From assembly GCA_964468355.1 (NCBI GenBank), contig CAYXSV010000006.1, forward strand, positions 5,452 through 29,451: a DNA stretch of 24,000 nucleotides. The letters run 5' to 3'. The translations under genes were made by a program, and so were the position numbers. The notes below the pieces were generated by a model. The model ran no database searches. It was not told where the DNA came from and was given only the letters and a program-made list of their open reading frames with translations. This stretch comes from an uncultured Gammaproteobacteria bacterium (GTDB taxonomy: Bacteria > Patescibacteriota > Microgenomatia > UBA12405 > JAHJSD01). Shown piece after piece: positions 1-7,118 of this stretch; within the stretch, counting starts at the first letter, position 1; each line of letters starts with the position of its first letter.

Positions 1-233
1 ATTCGCTCAATTGTGAAATCTAAAGTACAGTCAGGAACCACCGCCGGTGCTTTTTCAGGCGCAGTAGGAGCAACCGGCTTTTCGCGCATCTGGTAAAGCT
101 TGAAAGCACTAAACACGGCTATTAATGCTAAAACTACAGTTACGGTAATTAAGCCAAATAATTTCAATTTATTAGTTTTTCCCGATTGATTATTTGTTGA
201 ACCGGTATTTTTTTCAATATTTATTTCTTCCAT
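1..233 (-). CDS. 5' part of a membrane-anchored secreted protein (continues past the window start)
   Basis: The ATG at 233-231 overlaps the TAA stop of the upstream gene by 1 nt (TAATG). My translation is MEEINIEKNTGSTNNQSGKTNKLKLFGLITVTVVLALIAVFSAFKLYQMREKPVAPTAPEKAPAVVPDCTLDFTIER... This gives an N-terminal TM anchor, a Pro/Ala linker and then a Cys-initiated domain, the same layout as the two genes upstream. It is absent from the ORF track because it is truncated. Confidence 0.5.
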   Translation of the reverse strand, partial: MEEINIEKNTGSTNNQSGKTNKLKLFGLITVTVVLALIAVFSAFKLYQMREKPVAPTAPEKAPAVVPDCTLDFTIER

Positions 234-1525
234 TATTTCCAACCAAAATGCGGATTATAAACTTCCGCCTCAACTCTAAAGCTGTCGTATTTAGCAAAAG
301 TATAGGGTAGATAAAAACCTTTATCATTTTTATCAGTAGTTTCCATCCAACCGCCGCCGTCAACTCTGAACCGCGCTTTCGTTAAGCCGTCCGGATGACT
401 GGTTTGACCCCTGACAACCAAATAAACTTCTTTGTTATATATTTCAGAAGGATCAACCAAAAGACCGGACGCCCGGTTAACTATCAGCATCCAGTTTTTG
501 TTATATATCTCCACTTCGGTACAGTCACAGTCGTAAACCGGTGTCCCCGTCGGGGTAATTGTCGGAGTTGGAGTTTCCGTCGGTGTCGGGGTTGGGGTAT
601 CTTCCGGCCGCGTACAACAATTATCCTCATTAGGATTATCTGTACATTCAGGTTCGGGATCAGGGATAGAACAAATATAAACCGCAACACCAGGATAAGC
701 AAAGGTGCATACATGATCTCCTGAACAATCCTCATCATCCTTACAACCGATTTCACCACAGTCTAACGGAGCCGGTGTTTCCGTCGGTGTCGGTGTTTCA
801 GTTGGACGAGAACAATCCCAATCCAAATCGTCCGGGTTACATCCGGTTCCCTCCACACAATATTCACCCCTGTCACCAATAAAAACAACTATTGCCCCAT
901 CACCTTGAGGAGCATTAGTGTCAGCTTGCACCGTCGTACACCAGGAAGAAATAAAAGTTTCTTTTCCATCCTTCTTAACTTTAACTTCTTCTCCATATTT
1001 AATAGAACCGGCCGGAATTCCGTTACCCAAAAAAGAACCGTGTTTTTCATTACATGCACTATGCGAACGACCTCTGCAGTAAAATGACACCGGCCAAACA
1101 CCGGAACAATCGTTATTACAACCATGCCGGTCACACCATCCAGTACAATCGTCGCTATCATCCCCGCAAGGCGTGCCTTCTTCAACCCATGTTCCACTAC
1201 AACAGTGATACTCTTTACCCGTATCCTTATTCGTAGCACAGCAATAACCGTCATCGTAACAAGTACCGCCGGATTCGCACTGATTATCACCGCAAGTTGG
1301 TGAATCCCCATTATCGTCGTCACTTACAATTTTATAACAACCATCCCCATTATGTTCCGGACAACCTTCACAACAAGGACAACTGTTGTCTGGACAATGA
1401 CAACACCATTCAACCTTCGCTTCTTTTCTTACATCCTGCTGTTGTTTAACCAAAATAATTCCGCCTATTAAAGAGGCAGTTAACAAAATTCCGGTTATAA
1501 TTAAAATAATTGGTTTTTTGGTCAT
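233..1525 (-). CDS. Extremely Cys-rich secreted or membrane-anchored protein with PT-rich linkers and a C-terminal beta-rich domain; function unknown
   Basis: 430-aa ORF. It has an N-terminal hydrophobic anchor (IILIITGILLTASLIGGIILV) and dense Cys clusters (WCCHCPDNSCPCCEGCPEH...). Three TPTPTETP-type linkers are present. The C-terminal ~100 aa are paralogous to the C-terminus of the 170-aa neighbour. Its start overlaps the stop of that neighbour by 4 nt. Confidence 0.75.
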   Translation of the reverse strand: MTKKPIILIITGILLTASLIGGIILVKQQQDVRKEAKVEWCCHCPDNSCPCCEGCPEHNGDGCYKIVSDDDNGDSPTCGDNQCESGGTCYDDGYCCATNKDTGKEYHCCSGTWVEEGTPCGDDSDDCTGWCDRHGCNNDCSGVWPVSFYCRGRSHSACNEKHGSFLGNGIPAGSIKYGEEVKVKKDGKETFISSWCTTVQADTNAPQGDGAIVVFIGDRGEYCVEGTGCNPDDLDWDCSRPTETPTPTETPAPLDCGEIGCKDDEDCSGDHVCTFAYPGVAVYICSIPDPEPECTDNPNEDNCCTRPEDTPTPTPTETPTPTITPTGTPVYDCDCTEVEIYNKNWMLIVNRASGLLVDPSEIYNKEVYLVVRGQTSHPDGLTKARFRVDGGGWMETTDKNDKGFYLPYTFAKYDSFRVEAEVYNPHFGWK

Positions 1526-2034
1526 CGGCAGGTACCCTCCACGCAGACCTCAGCGTCAATGTCATAACACGGCTCGGTTATTTCTGAAAAGTCATAACAC
1601 CAGTTATAATAATAAAAGCGTCCGTTACCGCCGGTATTATCCTCGTCTCTTTGAAAATCGCCCCATCCCCAATCATCATCGCCGATAATTTTAAACCTGG
1701 CTTCGGTTATACCTTGTTCACAATCAGTCCAACCTTTTACCTCAAAACAAACTTCTTGAGGTTCTAACTCCTGCAATTGATTGTCGTCAATTTTATCTCC
1801 CGCATCATCAATTGCGTATAAATCAACGCAATTAAAATTGCAGTCAAGGTCAGGAGGCGGAGTTTCTGTCGGCGGGACTTCTGTCGGCGTTGTTTCCGAT
1901 TCTTCTTCACCCAATTGGTCAACCGCACTTCTTCTAGTTTCTTGGGTTTGCCTTACTAAAAATACGGCTCCGGCTAAGGAAATAAGAATTAAACCTACTA
2001 CACTGACGGATAAAATTATCTTTTTGGTATTCAT
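1522..2034 (-). CDS. Membrane-anchored secreted protein sharing a C-terminal domain with the 430-aa neighbour; function unknown
   Basis: 170-aa ORF with an N-terminal TM (IILSVSVVGLILISLAGAVFLV) and a Pro/Thr/Glu linker. A Cys-containing domain follows, with GITEARFKI and IDAEV motifs that match GLTKARFRV and VEAEV in the next gene. Confidence 0.75.
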   Translation of the reverse strand: MNTKKIILSVSVVGLILISLAGAVFLVRQTQETRRSAVDQLGEEESETTPTEVPPTETPPPDLDCNFNCVDLYAIDDAGDKIDDNQLQELEPQEVCFEVKGWTDCEQGITEARFKIIGDDDWGWGDFQRDEDNTGGNGRFYYYNWCYDFSEITEPCYDIDAEVCVEGTCR

Positions 2035-2060
2035 TATTCAAAATTTATTTTACTTACTTC

Positions 2061-2089
2061 ATAATAAACTAAAATTGAAAATCTTGCAA
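2061..2089 (-). promoter_or_regulatory. Candidate sigma70-type promoter for the 170-aa/430-aa secreted-protein genes
   Basis: On the minus strand: TTGCAA (2089-2084), a 17-nt spacer, then TATTAT (2066-2061). It lies in the only sizeable gap (2035-2095) of the minus-strand gene string. Confidence 0.3.
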
Positions 2090-2095
2090 ATTAAG

Positions 2096-3475
2096 TTACA
2101 ACCATAAAAAACCTAAAATTACAAATAAACTGCCCCCTAATAAAATAAATGTCGGTTCCCAAAAGCCGCTGTCGGGAACGCCGGATTCGGTTGACGGCTG
2201 ACTTTTTCTGGGTGGAGAAGTCGGAGCAGTTGTTTTAGTAGGCAGAGGGGTTTCAGTCGGTTCGGGCGTATTGGTCGGCTGGCTTGTCGGCGACGGCGTC
2301 ATTGTAGGAGTAGCGGTACTACCGGAAGGCGAAGCACTATAAGCCGGTTCTGAATCATCAACACTAGCAGCTAAAACAAACGTGCGTAAAAAGCTTTCCT
2401 CTTCACCGGTTTGAGGATCAATATAATTTACTTTTAAGGTATGAGGTCCGGGTGTTAAATCTTCAGGCGGCACCCACTGCCATTGATTATCAGGTCCGAT
2501 TTCTAATTCCGCCTCATACTCAACCGGTGATTCCAAATTGATCTTTAATCGTCCGCCTTGAGGACCTTCACCAAAAATTTGAGGTCTTGAAGTATTAATA
2601 GTTTCACCGTCATTAGGCGAAATAATTTTAAATCCTTTTTCCACTTCAACGTTTTCTGGAGTTTGCAGACGCGATCCACCAACACCCGGCTGAACAATTT
2701 CTTCATTTTCAAAAACAGCATTGTCGGCATTTGTAGTAAAATCGTAATCGCCGCCAAGTTTAATTAGCGGCACCGGGTCATCATTGTTGGTATATACCAC
2801 TGCTGACGCATTTCCCATCTCGCCTCCATCTACATTAATAATTTCTTTTATCTCTCCTTCCACATAATTAGCTCTTCCTATTAAATCTTCGGAATAGGCC
2901 CGAGCTAAAGGTATTACCCAATTACCTTTTTCAGTCACTAATGCCGATAATGGACTTATTTGAGAAATATCAACGTAAACAATTGATCCATTTGCCGGTT
3001 CATCCGTAGAGGTAACTATTTTTCCGGAAGCCAAATTGGCCTTTTCCGGCTCTCCCGATACCAAACCAGCCGTAGTCACCGAATAAGACCGGCCTTCGTT
3101 TCTAAATTCTTTTCCTTCCGAGTAAATAGTAAAGCTATATTTTTTTTCCGAATCTAAATTTTTAACCTCCACATAGTGAGTTGTATATTTACCCAAATTA
3201 TCTGTAGCGTCCCGATTATCAAGATGTGTTTTCGGAGATGTTTCTTCAACTTCTACATATCCAATCGCTTCTTTTTGAGTAACCCAAGAAACCGTAAACG
3301 AACTGTCAGTTATGTTAGTAATTTTAACTTCTTGAGGAAAAACTTCCTTTGATGCCCGACTAAAAAAGGCCGTCCCATTTTTCACTAAAAAAAGACCACC
3401 AACTATTCCCAAAACCAATAAAATTCCGACAATAGTAGGAATTTTTTTTTCATTCATTGCTATTTTCAATTTCAC
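2096..3475 (-). CDS. Surface protein with an N-terminal anchor/signal, an FN3-like domain, a PT-rich stalk and a C-terminal VPDSG + hydrophobic tail
   Basis: 459-aa ORF. The FN3-like signature is VKITNITDSSFTVSWVT...GYVEV...YTTHYVEVKNLDSEKKYSFTIYS. The C-terminus reads ...TPEPTETPLPTKTTAPTSPP...VPDSGFWEPTFILLGGSLFVILGFLWL. An alternative ATG at 3457 (MNEKKIPTIVG) overlaps the upstream stop by 8 nt (ATGAATGA). Confidence 0.8.
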   Translation of the reverse strand: MKLKIAMNEKKIPTIVGILLVLGIVGGLFLVKNGTAFFSRASKEVFPQEVKITNITDSSFTVSWVTQKEAIGYVEVEETSPKTHLDNRDATDNLGKYTTHYVEVKNLDSEKKYSFTIYSEGKEFRNEGRSYSVTTAGLVSGEPEKANLASGKIVTSTDEPANGSIVYVDISQISPLSALVTEKGNWVIPLARAYSEDLIGRANYVEGEIKEIINVDGGEMGNASAVVYTNNDDPVPLIKLGGDYDFTTNADNAVFENEEIVQPGVGGSRLQTPENVEVEKGFKIISPNDGETINTSRPQIFGEGPQGGRLKINLESPVEYEAELEIGPDNQWQWVPPEDLTPGPHTLKVNYIDPQTGEEESFLRTFVLAASVDDSEPAYSASPSGSTATPTMTPSPTSQPTNTPEPTETPLPTKTTAPTSPPRKSQPSTESGVPDSGFWEPTFILLGGSLFVILGFLWL

Positions 3476-3863
3476 CTGTTTCTAAATTCTTTAAATCCGT
3501 CTCCTCTAAATCCGACTTTTCTAGGTCTTCTGCTTCAGTTTCCACTTCTTCTTCCGGAACGACTTCTTCTTCTTCAATTTCCTCTTCCGTTTCTTCATCA
3601 TCAATAGTTGGTATCGCCGTCGGCTTAGATTTTAAATATTCTTCAACTTCTTCTAATTTATATTCACGTCTTTGTTCAATTTCTTCAATAATTTTTTCAT
3701 CCAAATCAGGATCAATCGGGGTTAAAAGCTGACTAACGTCTTCTAATCGGTCCCTTCTAACTAATTCGTGATAACTGTCTAAAGCCACCCAAATAAAAAC
3801 GGTAAATAAAGTAATACCAGCCAGCCAAATAACACGCTGTCTGTTTTTAGCTTCTTTTTCCAT
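3450..3863 (-). CDS. Single-pass membrane protein with a highly acidic (Glu-rich) C-terminal tail; function unknown
   Basis: The ORF-track entry 3450-3893 begins with GTG. The ATG at 3863 (MEKEAKNRQRVIWLAGITLFTVFIWVAL...) is the more plausible start. One TM is followed by EEIEQRREYKLEEVEEY and EETEEEIEEEEVVPEEEVETEAEDLE. Confidence 0.6.
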   Translation of the reverse strand: MEKEAKNRQRVIWLAGITLFTVFIWVALDSYHELVRRDRLEDVSQLLTPIDPDLDEKIIEEIEQRREYKLEEVEEYLKSKPTAIPTIDDEETEEEIEEEEVVPEEEVETEAEDLEKSDLEETDLKNLETGEIENSNE

Positions 3864-4503
3864 AATTTTCTTCAAACCAATAATTAAAATCACCTCTCAC
3901 ATTGAAATTTAATATATTTACAGGTTGATCCTTTTCATCGGCAAGATTAACTTGATAACTGCTGACATCTATCCATCTTCTAACCAGAGATAAATCCTTA
4001 ATAAAGGTTTTTAACTGGTCATATTCACCCTTTGATGAATAACTAAATTCCAATCCCGAAAACTCATTGCCCGGTGAAATCATATTTTCTATTCCTCTAA
4101 TATTCATCTGATTTATTTCCAGATTACTGTCAGAAGCAGCACCGGCTATTTGGACAATCCCTTGAATAATCGAAAATTTAGAAGGAAGATAACTTTCTAG
4201 AATTTCCCTTTTTCCTTGAACCAAAGCAAATTCTTCCTGAGCGATAATAACTGAATTTATTTTACTTTGCATTTTTTTGCTGGTTTCTTTTTTTTCATTA
4301 ATTTCACCAATTAGACCTGAAATAGTCAAAACGGCCGGTCTAATTGCAAAAATTATAAAAAAAGTTATTGACAAAAGAGTAATAATAACCTCCATATGAC
4401 GCCAACTATTCTTATTCTCCGCATATTCTGTTAATCTAGTATTAATTTTTTCTTGATATTCTTTAAACTGGTTTTTCAGTATTTTCTTGTTCATTTTTAT
4501 CAA
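3847..4503 (-). CDS. PilO-like bitopic membrane protein (type IV pilus/T2SS inner-membrane alignment-subunit architecture)
   Basis: 218 aa with a short cytoplasmic N-terminus, one TM (VIITLLSITFFIIFAI), a coiled-coil segment and a C-terminal alpha/beta-like domain (EFSYSSKGEYDQLKTFIKDLSLVRRWIDVSSYQV). The call rests on architecture and motif resemblance only. Confidence 0.4.
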   Translation of the reverse strand: MIKMNKKILKNQFKEYQEKINTRLTEYAENKNSWRHMEVIITLLSITFFIIFAIRPAVLTISGLIGEINEKKETSKKMQSKINSVIIAQEEFALVQGKREILESYLPSKFSIIQGIVQIAGAASDSNLEINQMNIRGIENMISPGNEFSGLEFSYSSKGEYDQLKTFIKDLSLVRRWIDVSSYQVNLADEKDQPVNILNFNVRGDFNYWFEENYGKRS

Positions 4504-5053
4504 CCAAATAATTAAATTTTACTAAAAATTGAATTGTCATTCCTCCTTTTCCTTCTTCTTTTTCTATTGTTCCCACCTGAACGGATGAAATTTCCGGCTG
4601 AGATAATAAGTTATCAATAAAATTAGCCAGACCAACTTCAGAAAATATCTGCGCCTTAAGGTTAACTTGTATTTTTCCATTATTTTCTGTAAATTTAAAG
4701 TCAGACAAAAGTAGGTCGGCAGGCAAACTTTCGGCAATAATCAAAAGCGGATCAGCAGGCCCATATTCGCTATTAAACTCATCTTTGATTTTTGTTAACC
4801 GTGACTGAAATAAGCGAAATTCTTTTTCAAAATTTTGAACACTTGATAAAATCGCTTTTTGTTGACGAATTTTTTCAGATAAATCAGTATTCTGTCTATC
4901 AAGCCAAAACCGCGAGAGAAATGCACCAATAACAACTAAATTAGTAAATATAACAATATATTTTCCAACGGATAAAATCCACTTAACTGTTTTGTCAGTT
5001 AATGTTTTAACGACGTTTTCTTCAGATAATAAACTAATTTCTTTTTTAGGCAT
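4463..5053 (-). CDS. PilN-like bitopic membrane protein
   Basis: 196 aa with a cytoplasmic N-terminus, one TM (YIVIFTNLVVIGAFLSRFW), a coiled coil, then LPADLLLSDFKF...IQVNLKAQIFSEVGLANFIDNLLSQPEISSVQV, which resembles PilN family periplasmic domains. Called by eye only. Confidence 0.4.
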   Translation of the reverse strand: MPKKEISLLSEENVVKTLTDKTVKWILSVGKYIVIFTNLVVIGAFLSRFWLDRQNTDLSEKIRQQKAILSSVQNFEKEFRLFQSRLTKIKDEFNSEYGPADPLLIIAESLPADLLLSDFKFTENNGKIQVNLKAQIFSEVGLANFIDNLLSQPEISSVQVGTIEKEEGKGGMTIQFLVKFNYLVDKNEQENTEKPV

Positions 5054-5102
5054 TAATTCAGTATATTAAACTCTAACCCCAGTGTCAAAATAAAACCGGA
5101 AA

Positions 5103-6755
5103 TTAGTCAGGTCTGGGCGGCAATTCCTGTAAAGGAAGAATTTCCCTCGGCCAAATTATAATTGATTTAAGTAGTTTAATAATTGCTCTGGCTTCTTTTA
5201 ACTGAAAAGAAAGGCCTAGCACTAAATAAATAAAAATTCCGCCTAAACTACTAAGAGTAGTTAAGCCGATTAAGCCGCTGATTCTAGTTGTATCAAAAAC
5301 ATAATTATCCAGGATCCTCAATAAAATCCAAACTGTTATTCCCCCTAATAAACTTGAAAAAAACATCTTAATCAAAGGAGTGATAATTTGTCTATAAATT
5401 TGCATTTTAATTTTTTTAAACAAAACTAAGAGTAGAATAAGTGATTGAATTAAAGAGCTAAAACTGCTGGCAAGCGCTAAACCAATAACACTTGTTCTAC
5501 CAAATACTTCATAACCAACAGCAATACCAATAAAAATGAATAATGAAATCCAAGAAATTATTAACGGCGTTTTTGTATCCTGAAGAGCATAAAACCCACG
5601 CCCTAAAATATCATTAATTGTTCCGGACACAACTAAAGGCACCAAAAAAGCAATTACTTGTCCAGTAATTAAAGTAGCTTTCCAGGGAAAATCTTTAGCT
5701 CCATAAGCCAACCGAACCAAAGGAATTCTTAAAATTAAAAATATGACTGCTGTTGGTAAAGCTAAAAAAACAGCTTGAAGAAGCGACCCGGTTAAAGTTT
5801 TGGCATATTGTGATTGTTTGTTTGTACTTGCTTCTCGTGACAAAACAGGTAAAGAGGCCTGTCCTATGGTTACACCAAAAACTCTTGAAAAAAAGCCGGT
5901 CAAGCGCTGACCTAAATAAAACAAAGACAAATGGCCGGCAGTTAAACTACTTCCAACAATCAGGATAATTGTCGACTGAAATTCCCTTATACCCAAAGCA
6001 ATTGTCCTCGGCGGCATTAAAGAAAGCATTTTTTTAACACCGGCAAGTTTAAAATCAATAACCGGAAAATATTTAAAACCAATTCTAACCACCAGCGGCA
6101 GTTGAACTGCAAAATGAAAAACTGATCCTAATAAAACTCCGAGCGCCGGCCCCCAAATACCAAAATAAGGAGACAAAATTTGTATTCCAATAATTATACC
6201 CAGGTTATAAACCATTGGGGCTAAGGCAGGAACTAGAAAACGTTGATAAGTCTGTAAAATCGAAGTTAAAAAATTACTCAGCAAAAAAAAGATTTGGGAT
6301 AAAACAATAATTTTCATTAACCCACTCATCAACAAAGTTTGCTGTTCAGAAAAACCAGCAGCAATAAGGCCGGATAAAGGTCTTGAAAATAAAATAATTA
6401 ACACTCCAAAAATTAAAAATATTAACACTAATAAATTCAATACTGACGAAGCAACTTCAAAAGATTTTTTTTTGTTTTTACCTAATTCTTCACTAAACAC
6501 CGGAATAAAAGCCGCTGAAAGAGTTCCTAATACAAGCAGTTGGAAAACAATTTCCGGTATCCGAAATGCAGCGTTGTAAGCGTCAAGTTCCGCTGCGCAA
6601 CAAGCAAAAAATCTAGCATATAAAAGGCGGTCGCGAAAAATACCTAAAAAAGCCGAAATGCTAAAAGTCAATCCTAGAATGGCGGCCGCTGAAAAAATAC
6701 TTGACTGTTTTTTGGAAAAAATTTTTGAACCATTTTTAAAAATTGCCTTAATCAT
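5103..6755 (-). CDS. murJ: Lipid II flippase MurJ (MviN family)
   Basis: 550-aa polytopic ORF. The N-terminal region FGIFRDRLLYARFF...LDAYNAAFRIPEIVFQLLVLGTLSAAFIPVFSE matches the conserved MurJ/MviN N-terminal signature. About 14 hydrophobic segments are present. Confidence 0.9.
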   Translation of the reverse strand: MIKAIFKNGSKIFSKKQSSIFSAAAILGLTFSISAFLGIFRDRLLYARFFACCAAELDAYNAAFRIPEIVFQLLVLGTLSAAFIPVFSEELGKNKKKSFEVASSVLNLLVLIFLIFGVLIILFSRPLSGLIAAGFSEQQTLLMSGLMKIIVLSQIFFLLSNFLTSILQTYQRFLVPALAPMVYNLGIIIGIQILSPYFGIWGPALGVLLGSVFHFAVQLPLVVRIGFKYFPVIDFKLAGVKKMLSLMPPRTIALGIREFQSTIILIVGSSLTAGHLSLFYLGQRLTGFFSRVFGVTIGQASLPVLSREASTNKQSQYAKTLTGSLLQAVFLALPTAVIFLILRIPLVRLAYGAKDFPWKATLITGQVIAFLVPLVVSGTINDILGRGFYALQDTKTPLIISWISLFIFIGIAVGYEVFGRTSVIGLALASSFSSLIQSLILLLVLFKKIKMQIYRQIITPLIKMFFSSLLGGITVWILLRILDNYVFDTTRISGLIGLTTLSSLGGIFIYLVLGLSFQLKEARAIIKLLKSIIIWPREILPLQELPPRPD

Positions 6756-6762
6756 CTCTGCC

Positions 6763-6791
6763 AGTATATCAATTTCTTGCTAGTCTAACAA
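6763..6791 (-). promoter_or_regulatory. Candidate murJ-operon promoter; -10 lies 7 nt from the ATG (leaderless)
   Basis: On the minus strand: TTGTTA (6791-6786), a 17-nt spacer, TATACT (6768-6763), then GGCAGAG and the ATG at 6755. Confidence 0.35.
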
Positions 6792-6805
6792 CCAAATGAT
6801 AAAAT
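6777..6805 (+). promoter_or_regulatory. Candidate rpsT promoter with extended -10
   Basis: TTGCTA (6777-6782), a 17-nt spacer, then TGATAAAAT (6797-6805). It overlaps the divergent murJ promoter face to face. Confidence 0.4.
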
Positions 6806-6841
6806 AATAAACAGAGATTAACTATTAATCATCAATTTATT

Positions 6842-7117
6842 ATGCCAGTAACTAAATCAGCCGCAAAGGCGTTAAGAAACCAACAAAAAAAAAGGGAATA
6901 CAATTTAAAAGCAAAAAGAAAAGTTAAACAGGTAATAAAAGCCTTTAATGAAAGTCCGTCACAAAAAAAATTAAATCAAGCTTATTCAGCTGTTGACAAA
7001 GCAGTAAAAAGAAATATTTTTCATAAAAACAAAGCAGCGCGTATAAAAAGGCAATTAGCCGAAAAGCTTCCTTCGCCAAAAAAAACAGATGACGCTAAAA
7101 AGGCCAATAAGAAATAA
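6842..7117 (+). CDS. rpsT: 30S ribosomal protein S20
   Basis: 91-aa basic ORF. MPVTKSAAKALRNQQKKREYNLKAKRKVK...AVDKAVKRNIFHKNKAARIKRQL matches the bS20 pattern (SAKK...R...N, IHKNKAAR). Confidence 0.95.
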   Translation: MPVTKSAAKALRNQQKKREYNLKAKRKVKQVIKAFNESPSQKKLNQAYSAVDKAVKRNIFHKNKAARIKRQLAEKLPSPKKTDDAKKANKK

Positions 7118-7118
7118 A

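Noticed and set aside
395-2107. ORF-track entries 395-724(+), 484-759(-), 889-1323(-), 905-1087(+), 1054-1236(+) and 1781-2107(+)
   Set aside because: All lie inside, or antisense to, the long Cys-rich and 170-aa ORFs. Their translations are low-complexity or Arg/Ile-rich shadows of the GC-richer PT/Cys coding sequence, and none has a recognisable motif. They are shadow ORFs.
3864-3893. Upstream GTG starts at 3893 (acidic membrane protein) and 20918 (CapA), and the ATG at 3475 versus 3457 (FN3 protein)
   Set aside because: The ATG codons at 3863 and 20951 begin directly at the basic residues plus TM signal-anchor, and they shorten otherwise long overlaps or odd N-terminal extensions. For the FN3 gene both ATGs remain possible, so the ORF-track coordinates were kept.
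7089-7118. Upstream start for metG (ORF track 7089)
   Set aside because: It would overlap rpsT by 29 nt and add a non-conserved MTLKRPIRNK extension. The ATG at 7119 directly follows the rpsT stop and precedes the conserved class I N-terminus (FYITTPIYYVN).
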